Below are positions 1-7,727 of a stretch of DNA of 50,990 bases, one piece after another. The notes below the pieces were generated by a model. That model ran no database searches. It was given only the letters and a program-made list of their open reading frames with translations, and had not been told where the DNA came from. Position numbers and translations under genes: made by a program. Position 1 is the stretch's first letter, and each line of letters opens with the position of its first letter. The stretch comes from a bacterium (lineage in GTDB: Bacteria > Zhuqueibacterota > Zhuqueibacteria > Zhuqueibacterales > Zhuqueibacteraceae), in the NCBI GenBank assembly GCA_044869275.1, contig JBIOXB010000050.1, forward strand, positions 1-50,990. The letters run 5' to 3'.

Positions 1-1144
1 GCGGTGCAAAAAATCCGATGCTGCCGGTGTAAATGCCGCGCGGCTCCTGTTCCAGTTCGCGAATGATTTGCATCGTGCGGATTTTTGGCGCGCCGGTCAC
101 CGAGCCGCAGGGAAACAAGCTGCGCACGAAGTCGAGCGCCGTGGTTTGCGGCCGCAATTTTGCCTTGATGGTGGAAGTCGCCTGCCAAACCGTTTCGTAA
201 CCCTCCAGCTCGAAAAAACGCGATACCTGCACACTGCCGGTCGCCGCGATTCTCCCGGCATCGTTGCGCAACAAATCCACAATCATCAAATTCTCGGCGC
301 GATTCTTTTTCGAATGCCATAACGCCTGCCGTTGCCGCTCGTCCTGCTCAGGCGTGCCGCCGCGCGGCGCCGTGCCTTTCATGGGCCGGAGGGTGAGATT
401 GTCATCGTCCACGCGAAAAAACAGCTCCGGGGAAAAAGACAAGATGGCGTGATTACCGCAGGACAACAAAGCGGAGTAAGCCACGTGCTGCCTTTGCCGC
501 AAACGGCAATACAGGTCCGCGGGCGAGCTGGTAAACGGAAAATTGAGCTTGAAGGTAAAATTGACCTGGTAGGTGTCGCCGGCGGCGATATAATCCTTAA
601 TGGCAGCGATAGCCTGGTGATATTGAGCTTCTGAAAGCGCAGGCGTAACATGGCGCGGAGCGAGGCGTTCCGGGGTTTCCGCGTGGCTGTGTGCGGCAAG
701 CGCGATCTTTACGGCTGCTTCTGCCCCGTTTTCCCATGTGCGATGCTGTTGGTGGTAAATCAGCGGCGCGTCATAGATGCCGAACCACAGCAGCGGAACG
801 CGTGAAGAAAGAGGCGCCTCCAATCGTTTTTCAAAAGCACAGCCGGCTTCATAACTTAAGAAACCGGCGGCATAGTAACCTGCCTGCAACGCTCGTTGAA
901 TTTGAGACAAGCAGCTCTCCACCTGCTCCAAGCGCATGCCCAGCACCACGTCTCTGGGATTCAAGAATAGAAAGGTCCGGTTCTCCTCGCCGGTTGGGCG
1001 GGAGGTTTCCAACACTATTGCCTGTTGCTGTTGGGTTACCCATGCCAGAACCGAGGGCCGCAGCATGCCATGCTCGTCGAATAAATCGGCGGATTGAGCA
1101 GAAAACACAGGCATGTTTTGCGTCGAACCGCTATCTGCTCTCAT
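1..1144 (-). CDS. pabB: Aminodeoxychorismate synthase component I (chorismate-binding enzyme), 3' end runs off the window
   Basis: Not in the ORF track (no stop in window). Manual translation gives AGFLSYEAG, IKDYIAAGDTYQVNFT and LFPCGSVTGAPKIRTMQIIRELEQEPRGIYTGSIG. Start is ATG 1144 (overlapping the upstream gene's end) or ATG 1114. Confidence 0.9.
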   Translation of the reverse strand, partial: MRADSGSTQNMPVFSAQSADLFDEHGMLRPSVLAWVTQQQQAIVLETSRPTGEENRTFLFLNPRDVVLGMRLEQVESCLSQIQRALQAGYYAAGFLSYEAGCAFEKRLEAPLSSRVPLLWFGIYDAPLIYHQQHRTWENGAEAAVKIALAAHSHAETPERLAPRHVTPALSEAQYHQAIAAIKDYIAAGDTYQVNFTFKLNFPFTSSPADLYCRLRQRQHVAYSALLSCGNHAILSFSPELFFRVDDDNLTLRPMKGTAPRGGTPEQDERQRQALWHSKKNRAENLMIVDLLRNDAGRIAATGSVQVSRFFELEGYETVWQATSTIKAKLRPQTTALDFVRSLFPCGSVTGAPKIRTMQIIRELEQEPRGIYTGSIGFFAP

Positions 1145-2594
1145 CGCTTTTCTTCTCCATGAAAGCAAGCATCATCCTCCGCATCAGTTCCTCGCCATAA
1201 TCCGCCATGTACGGCCCGAAGAAGGACATAATGCGCGATTCATAGGCGGGATAATGATAGTATTTCCCCGGCACGAGATAGCCAATGTAGCTGCCGTTGA
1301 AGCTCGTGAACAGGGCTTGATAACCATGCGTGGCGGCAAAGTCTTTCAATGGCGCCGACAGCTCGCCGCTGAAATCACAAGGCGCGCCGATCCAAAGCAG
1401 GCGGTCAAGCGCGAGCAATTGCAAATACGTGTCGTTTTCATAGACCAATTTTTCTGCCAGCCACGGCGCCAGGCGAAAATCGTCCGTGATCCGCAGATGC
1501 AGCGGCGGCAGATTCACCGGCAAGCCCAGAGTGCGCAGCGAGGCTTCGGAGTGAAACTTGGCTCTTGGTAAATGCGCCAGCAAGCTATCCGCCAGGCCTT
1601 CGCCGATGGCGCGCGCTTGGTCGAAATCCTTGCCTTCGCCCGCGGGGCGGTGGCTGCCCACGGCGCCGGCAAAAAAGATCGCCACACCGGGTAATGACTT
1701 TTCAATTCTAGCGCGCCAAAAGCCAGGATAATCCGCGGACAACAACATATTGTCAAAAGCCAGCACCGTGGCATGCGCAGCGTATGCGCCGATAACGCCG
1801 TAATCGCCGTCACGCTGCTGCAAGGCAATGAACGAGAAGCCCTCATCAACCTGGCCTTTTTCGCCAACGAGACGATTCGCCACATAGCGCGGCGCAGAAA
1901 ACTCACCGCAAGCAAAACTGGCCGGAGACAAATCTGCCAGCGCGCGGCGAATGGCTAGCACGGATTGGTCAATAATCCATTGCAAAACTTGAGGATCGTA
2001 ATCACCCGCAAATTGTTCGGCCAGCACGCCCTCACCCCATGCACCCAGGCTGGAATGCGTATGCGTCGCACCGAACAAGATCTGCGATCGTTGCAGGCCG
2101 AATTCCGGGCTCACCTGCCGCATCACACCCTCGGCCATGGCGCGCGAGACAATCAGCGCATCCAAGCTGAGGCACACGATTTTTTGTTCGCCCACTTGCA
2201 GCGTCAGAGCGCTGGCATATAAGCTATCGTGTACGCCTTGCGCTTGCTGGCCATGGCGCTTGCTGTAACCCGCCAGCGGCAATTCCCAGAATGCATTTTG
2301 CATGCTTGTGGCGTTGGAGTTCTTTTTGGTTTTTGATGCGGGTTGCCTATGCCACGGAGGAATCAATGTCGTGCGGCTCCAGCCTGCTTGCAAAGCTCCT
2401 CTTGTTTCCACCGCGCCGGTCGCAATCAGATCTCGCAAGCGCGCGCGAGTGGCGGCGTAATAATCGGTTTGAAAATAGGGCGTATCATCCACCAGCCGCA
2501 CGGCGAGGATGACCATCGCGGCTGCAATCGTGAGCAGAATGAGAAAGAGCCGGCGAATTTTTCTTTGAGGCGAAGCAACGCGAGTCATATGCAA
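1131..2594 (-). CDS. Neutral/alkaline ceramidase N-terminal-domain family hydrolase, membrane anchored
   Basis: N-terminal TM; GVHDSLYASAL, GATHTHSS, AAHATVL, SADYPG motifs typical of this family. Confidence 0.75.
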   Translation of the reverse strand: MHMTRVASPQRKIRRLFLILLTIAAAMVILAVRLVDDTPYFQTDYYAATRARLRDLIATGAVETRGALQAGWSRTTLIPPWHRQPASKTKKNSNATSMQNAFWELPLAGYSKRHGQQAQGVHDSLYASALTLQVGEQKIVCLSLDALIVSRAMAEGVMRQVSPEFGLQRSQILFGATHTHSSLGAWGEGVLAEQFAGDYDPQVLQWIIDQSVLAIRRALADLSPASFACGEFSAPRYVANRLVGEKGQVDEGFSFIALQQRDGDYGVIGAYAAHATVLAFDNMLLSADYPGFWRARIEKSLPGVAIFFAGAVGSHRPAGEGKDFDQARAIGEGLADSLLAHLPRAKFHSEASLRTLGLPVNLPPLHLRITDDFRLAPWLAEKLVYENDTYLQLLALDRLLWIGAPCDFSGELSAPLKDFAATHGYQALFTSFNGSYIGYLVPGKYYHYPAYESRIMSFFGPYMADYGEELMRRMMLAFMEKKSDESR

Positions 2595-2838
2595 AATCCT
2601 TGGTGCGAAACCCCCGACAGTTTCTCGAGTTTCTCATAAAGAAGCACAAACTTTGTTCCTCCGGCAAGAAAAATTTTGTGCAGTCTGCTTTGGATTTGCT
2701 CTTGCGCTGATGGTCCTATTTCTGTATCTTCCCTTGCGTATGAGAGTTTTCAGTCGTCTGCGCGAGGGCGGGATTGTTTTGCAATCAAACCATGCTTTGT
2801 CGGTTTTTTTTGTGAACCAAATACCTTAGGAGGAAATC

Positions 2839-3765
2839 ATGCTTGCCGATCTCGGCTACAAAGACCAGTTGTTTGTGATGCCGTTCGACCATCGCGGCTC
2901 GTTTATGGCCAAAATGTTCGGCATCAAGGGCCGCCAGCCCACCGCGGCAGAGACCAAGGAAATTGCCGCGACCAAGAGAATCGTGTATGATGGTTTTCTG
3001 CAAGCCTTGAGCCAGGGTGTGCCTAAAGACAAGGCCGCGATACTGGTAGATGAGCAATTCGGCGCGGAATGCGTGACCGACGCATTGAAGCGAGGCATCA
3101 AAGTCGCCATGCCCGCGGAAAAAAGCGGGCAGGACGAATTCGATTTCGAATACGGCGAGGAGTTCGGCGCCCACCTCGAAAAATTCAATCCCACCTTCGT
3201 GAAAGTGCTGGTGCGCTATAATTCCGAGGACGACGAGCAATTGAATCAACGCCAGGCGACGCGGCTGGCGCGGCTCAGCGCCTACTGTCATAAGACCAAG
3301 CGCAAATTCATGTTCGAGCTGCTGGTGCCGGCACTGGACGCCCAGTTGGCACGGCTCGGCGGCGACAAGAAAAAATTCGACACTGAAATGCGGCCGGGCT
3401 TGATGGAGAAAGCGATTGCGGAATTGCAGTCGGCTGGCATCGAGCCGGATGTGTGGAAGCTCGAAGGCCTGGAGCGGGCGCAAGATTACAAAGCCATCGT
3501 GGCGCAGGCGCGCAGCAAGGGCCGCGATAATGTCGGCATGATTGTGCTGGGCCGCGGCGAAAACGCCGAAAAAGTTTATCACTGGCTCAAGATTGGCGCA
3601 AAGGTGGAGGGTGTGATCGGGTTTGCCGTCGGCCGCACGGTATTCTGGGATCCGCTGGTCGGTTATCGTGAAAAGAAGCACAGTCGCGAAGACGCCGTAG
3701 CTCAGGTCGCGAAAAATTACAAGGGCTTGGTGGATTTGTTTACCCAGGCAAAGGCACAAGCATAG
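2839..3765 (+). CDS. DUF2090 / IolC-C-terminal-like aldolase (2-deoxy-5-keto-D-gluconate-6-phosphate aldolase domain)
   Basis: PFDHRGSF, ILVDEQFG, FVKVLVRY, PDVWKLEG, VLGRG, GFAVGRTVFW; RBS AGGAGG upstream. Confidence 0.85.
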   Translation: MLADLGYKDQLFVMPFDHRGSFMAKMFGIKGRQPTAAETKEIAATKRIVYDGFLQALSQGVPKDKAAILVDEQFGAECVTDALKRGIKVAMPAEKSGQDEFDFEYGEEFGAHLEKFNPTFVKVLVRYNSEDDEQLNQRQATRLARLSAYCHKTKRKFMFELLVPALDAQLARLGGDKKKFDTEMRPGLMEKAIAELQSAGIEPDVWKLEGLERAQDYKAIVAQARSKGRDNVGMIVLGRGENAEKVYHWLKIGAKVEGVIGFAVGRTVFWDPLVGYREKKHSREDAVAQVAKNYKGLVDLFTQAKAQA

Positions 3766-3788
3766 GTGGAATTGATCTGCAACAAAGC

Positions 3789-3822
3789 AGGGACGTTTTC
3801 ATTCGTAAAACGTCCCTTTTTT
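3789..3822 (+). terminator. Rho-independent terminator
   Basis: 11-bp stem AGGGACGTTTT/AAAACGTCCCT followed by a T-run, just after the aldolase stop. Confidence 0.85.
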
Positions 3823-3960
3823 GTTGCTGTGAGGAAATACTGTAGCAATCACATTGCCGGAACGCTGTGTGTTGGATGGGCTGAAACGTGAAACCACAAC
3901 CCTCTCGTCGTAGTTTCAAATGACGAAATCCCACGTTCAAATCACCGGTTCGTTTTCGAT

Positions 3961-6324
3961 ATGACCGTTTTCTTGTCGCTTCTTGGTTTGATCGCCGCCA
4001 TGCTGGCAGTGCAGGGCGTCATTCTTCTGGCGCACCGTTACCAGCATCGCATGGGCACGATGCTGCTGGGCGCGGTCACCAGCACCGTCATGTTCGGTGT
4101 GTGGATGTTCGCCGGCGTCGTGCCAGTGCTGCGCCTGACGGATGATATCATGGTGCCGCTGCTCTCCGTCATTTTTTATTCCAATCTGGTGGCGGCGATC
4201 TTGATCGTGTACATTTGCGACGGCACCAAGGCCGCGCGCCGGCTGCTGTTGGTCATGCTTGCGGCTTTCGTGTTCACGATCGTCCTGCAGGAAATCATCG
4301 ATGGGCTGCGGCAGCTTGACGTGATCACCGCTTTCCGCCCGTTGGCGAACGAGCCTTATAACCGAAATTTTCGTATTTTGGTGGCCGCGGTGGTGACCCT
4401 GGTTGTTGCTTTTCTTTCCATTATTTTTGCGTATCAGTTTTTCGCCAATAATTTCGCTTTGTGGCCGCGCAGCCTGCGCATACTGCTGGTGTTGGTGCTG
4501 GTCTTTCTCCTCGATGGCCTGCTCTTTGTCGCGCTAGGCTTTTTCGGCGATCCACGCTTTGCGCTTTTTGTGCAGAGCCAGGTTGTTACCAAAGTTTTCA
4601 CGGCGTTGGTTCTCGCACCGGGCATCGTGCGTTACGTCACGCATGTTTTGCGCACCCAAACGGAACCGGGCGCCGAAGGCCGCCCGGTGTTCGACGTGTT
4701 GAGCACCGTGACGGAAATGGACCGGGAGATGACCACGATCATTACCAACATGGTCGATGGCCTCATGCTTTTCACCATCGATGGCACGGTGACGCGCGCC
4801 AATGCCGCTGCCGAAAAATTACTGGGAAGATCGCTTGCCGGCATGCGCTTGGACGATCCGACGTGGCGCCTGACTTCCGCCGATGGCACCCATCTGCCCG
4901 CGAGTGATTCTCCGCTCATCCGGGTGTTGCGCGAGCGCCGGCCGATTGAAAATGCCGAGATTGGAATTCGCCAGCCCGATGGTTCGCTGCACATCCTGGC
5001 GGTGAATACGGCGCCCATGTTCGATTCGCAAAAGCGCTTGCGGGGCGCGCTCGCGACGTTTCGCGACATTACCCAGCGCAAGCAGGTTGACGAATCGCTT
5101 GCCGCTTCGCAAGATTTTCTGAAACGCCTCATCGATCAAGCGCCCATCGGCATCGCCGTCTTCGACCGGGAAGGCTTCGCCGAACATGCCAACAAGACTT
5201 TCATGAAGCTGCTCGGCTTGGCTTCGCCCAATCAAGTGATCGGACAGATCAATCTTTTCAAGGACAAGCTGTTTGCCAGCGGGGACATCCTGAAATACTT
5301 CGTGCAAGCGTTCAAAGGCAAGATCGTGGCCATTCCGCCGAAGGTCATCGACATGTCGAACGGGCGCATGTTTGATCTCGAAGGTTTTACTTTCCCGGAA
5401 AACGGCGGTGCACAAAGCCCTCTCAAGATCATTTCTCATGATTTATTTCCGGTGTACGACCGCCGCGACAAAGTCACCAGAGTGGTCGCCCTGGTCACCG
5501 ATCTCACGGAGCGCACCAAGGCGGAGCATCGGCAGCAGCAGATTTCATCGCGCTATCAAGACATGGTGTCACGCATTTCGGATTACCTCTTCAGCGCCAA
5601 GATCGAGCACGGCAGCCTGCAATACGAATTCTGCACGCCGGCGGTGGAAAAAGTCACCGGCTATCCGGAAGAGTTTTTTTTGAAGGACGATTGGTTTTGG
5701 TTTACGATCATCGATGCGAGCGACAAGCCGCGCGTGCAGCAGGAGCTCGTCAGATTGCTCGAGCGGCGCGAGGCGAGCGAAGGGGTCATCGAATATCGCA
5801 TTCGCGCGCGGCGCGGCGAGACGCGTTGGGTGCAATCTCGTTTTACGGTGCTGCGCGACGCCAAAGACGGCGTCGAGCGTTTGATCGGCGCGGTATCGGA
5901 CATCAGCGCGCGCAAAGAGGTGGAGGAAGCGCTGCGCCAATCCGTGAATAAATTCCGCGGGCTGATCGAAAGCATGCACGATTTTGTCTTGACCATGGAT
6001 TTGCACGGCCGCATCACCTATGCCAATCCCATGTTCAATCAAGTCTTCGATCATGGCGGCCGTGCGGTTTTGGGCAAAGAGATTTATCGTTATCTGCATC
6101 CGGACGATCGCGAGAGAGTCGCGGAACAATTGCGCGCGCTCATGGCTTCCGAAACGCCGGTGCGGCGGCAGGAAATCCGCCTGCGTAATGCTCAGGAAGA
6201 ATATGTTGCGCTGCTGATGAATGCCGACGGACAATACGATGAGAGCGGCCATCTCAACGGCATCATCATCGTCGCCAGCACGGTGGCGGCGCGGAAAAGC
6301 GAAGGAAACGGCCGGTCAAAATAG
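3961..6324 (+). CDS. Membrane sensor-like protein: multi-TM N-terminus (VUT/YhhQ-like) plus four PAS/PAC domains, no kinase or cyclase output
   Basis: About 225 hydrophobic residues, then PAS repeats ending in FRDITQRK, VTDLTERTK and VSDISARK, and a fourth PAS (HPDDRE). The stop is followed directly by a terminator. Confidence 0.8.
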   Translation: MTVFLSLLGLIAAMLAVQGVILLAHRYQHRMGTMLLGAVTSTVMFGVWMFAGVVPVLRLTDDIMVPLLSVIFYSNLVAAILIVYICDGTKAARRLLLVMLAAFVFTIVLQEIIDGLRQLDVITAFRPLANEPYNRNFRILVAAVVTLVVAFLSIIFAYQFFANNFALWPRSLRILLVLVLVFLLDGLLFVALGFFGDPRFALFVQSQVVTKVFTALVLAPGIVRYVTHVLRTQTEPGAEGRPVFDVLSTVTEMDREMTTIITNMVDGLMLFTIDGTVTRANAAAEKLLGRSLAGMRLDDPTWRLTSADGTHLPASDSPLIRVLRERRPIENAEIGIRQPDGSLHILAVNTAPMFDSQKRLRGALATFRDITQRKQVDESLAASQDFLKRLIDQAPIGIAVFDREGFAEHANKTFMKLLGLASPNQVIGQINLFKDKLFASGDILKYFVQAFKGKIVAIPPKVIDMSNGRMFDLEGFTFPENGGAQSPLKIISHDLFPVYDRRDKVTRVVALVTDLTERTKAEHRQQQISSRYQDMVSRISDYLFSAKIEHGSLQYEFCTPAVEKVTGYPEEFFLKDDWFWFTIIDASDKPRVQQELVRLLERREASEGVIEYRIRARRGETRWVQSRFTVLRDAKDGVERLIGAVSDISARKEVEEALRQSVNKFRGLIESMHDFVLTMDLHGRITYANPMFNQVFDHGGRAVLGKEIYRYLHPDDRERVAEQLRALMASETPVRRQEIRLRNAQEEYVALLMNADGQYDESGHLNGIIIVASTVAARKSEGNGRSK

Positions 6325-6346
6325 GTTGGCGAAATTTAGCGCAAAG

Positions 6347-6381
6347 AAAAAAGCCCAAGGTGAAAGCCCGGGCTTTTTTTT
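6347..6381. terminator. Bidirectional intrinsic terminator between the convergent PAS gene and higA
   Basis: AAAAAAGCCC...GGGCTTTTTTTT, with A/T tails on both sides. Confidence 0.8.
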
Positions 6382-6421
6382 GGCATGAAGACAATTTGTG
6401 ATGCGACAACAAGAACGGCAA

Positions 6422-6832
6422 TCACACAAAAACCGCTGGAGAAACGTTAAATCTTTTGCTCAAGGCCTTAATTTGTGCAATATTGAGCGCTCTCTTTCCG
6501 TTGAGAATTTCTGACACGACGCCCTGGCTGCCGATTTCTGGCAAATCCGTTTGCCTTAACTTGCGCTCAGCCATCAAATGTTTGAGAGTCGATATGGGGT
6601 CTCCAACTGGCTCGGGAACATTTTTGCTTTCGTAATCCTGAATTAAGGTACCAAGGATGTCAATCAGCGATTCGATCGTGTCGTTTGGTTCCGCGCTGAC
6701 TTCATCAATCAGTTCATCCAGCAGCTTGACGGCCTTCTTATACTGCTCTTCGGAACGGAGAGTAGATACAACTTTAGAAACAGTCGGCCATGCTTTGATC
6801 GTTGCGGCTACATTTGGATGTAATTGGCTCAT
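6422..6832 (-). CDS. higA: HigA-family antitoxin (HTH)
   Basis: LKHLMAERKLRQTDLPEIGSQGVVSEILNGKRALN HTH; ATG overlaps the higB stop (ATGA). Confidence 0.9.
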   Translation of the reverse strand: MSQLHPNVAATIKAWPTVSKVVSTLRSEEQYKKAVKLLDELIDEVSAEPNDTIESLIDILGTLIQDYESKNVPEPVGDPISTLKHLMAERKLRQTDLPEIGSQGVVSEILNGKRALNIAQIKALSKRFNVSPAVFV

Positions 6833-7122
6833 GCTTCTTTTTTCCATTTCTCTTTGTTGTATTCTTCGTGAGTCAAGATGTGCCTGATATAAATGCGTTT
6901 TTCCTGGTAAACAATATATGCTATCAATCTCACTTTATTTCCGCCAACGTCAAAAACCACTAATCTCCCTACTTTATCAGCACTCGGATAAATTCTGCGT
7001 AATTCATAAAATGAAGTAATGTCATTGTGTTTGGCCAAGCGATACCAGTGGTCAAGCGCGGATATAGAATCGGGATGCTTGTCACCGAATTCCAGAATCC
7101 GTTTTCGTGAGATAACGTGCAC
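6829..7122 (-). CDS. higB: HigB-family mRNA interferase toxin
   Basis: MHVISRKR...YPSADKVGRLVVFDVGGNKVRLIA...IRHILTHEEY; toxin upstream of antitoxin; GTG start at 7122. Confidence 0.9.
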   Translation of the reverse strand: MHVISRKRILEFGDKHPDSISALDHWYRLAKHNDITSFYELRRIYPSADKVGRLVVFDVGGNKVRLIAYIVYQEKRIYIRHILTHEEYNKEKWKKEA

Positions 7123-7128
7123 ACGATG

Positions 7129-7157
7129 AATGTATCTCAAATTGAGATAAATGGCAA
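7129..7157 (-). promoter_or_regulatory. sigma70-type promoter of higBA with a palindromic operator in the spacer
   Basis: Minus strand TTGCCA-N17-TACATT; perfect inverted repeat TATCTCAA-A-TTGAGATA at 7133-7149. Confidence 0.75.
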
Positions 7158-7177
7158 GAAATATTTTCGCCTTTACA

Positions 7178-7286
7178 CCAGTACACTGTTACCATAGTTT
7201 TTTAGTCATGGTGAGCGGAGTCGAACCATGCCGCCCTTCGACTTCGCTCAGGGTGACCTTCAAAAATTAAGGTTACAATGCACTAG
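7178..7286. repeat. Nested imperfect palindrome (REP/MITE-like)
   Basis: Inner arms GTCATGGTGAGCGGAGTCGAA / TTCGACTTCGCTCAGGGTGAC; outer arms CCAGTACACTGTTACC / GGTTACAATGCACTAG. Confidence 0.65.
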
Positions 7287-7727
7287 TTGCATATGAGATA
7301 TATTCCCCCCTCTTTACTTCTCTTCGATAATACTCCCGCACGATCATTGCAAAATCTTAACTGTCAGGTACCACGCGCGATTTGGGTGTGCGGCAACACT
7401 GCGCGAGTTTTCTTCTTTTCGCAATGCCATCGCCATTTTCGTCTATTGGTAGGTATTCTAAACAGGGTGAAAGGGAGAAGAGCTGCGCCTTGTGCCTGTT
7501 GCCGAATGACCGGAATGACTTTCCTTAAATACGCGAAGTACGCATGGCTAAGGAGAGCGATCTTGTCGTGCCGGGAGCCGGGACCACAAATACCTACGGC
7601 GCGCGGGTTGATTTAATTGAAAACCCCTTACGTATTCTTGCTGTTCTGGACGTACATACTGCATGTTATGTGCAAATGAGGTTCAATTGGACGCGGTGGG
7701 CTTGATCATTTGTTCAGCGGAATAAAT

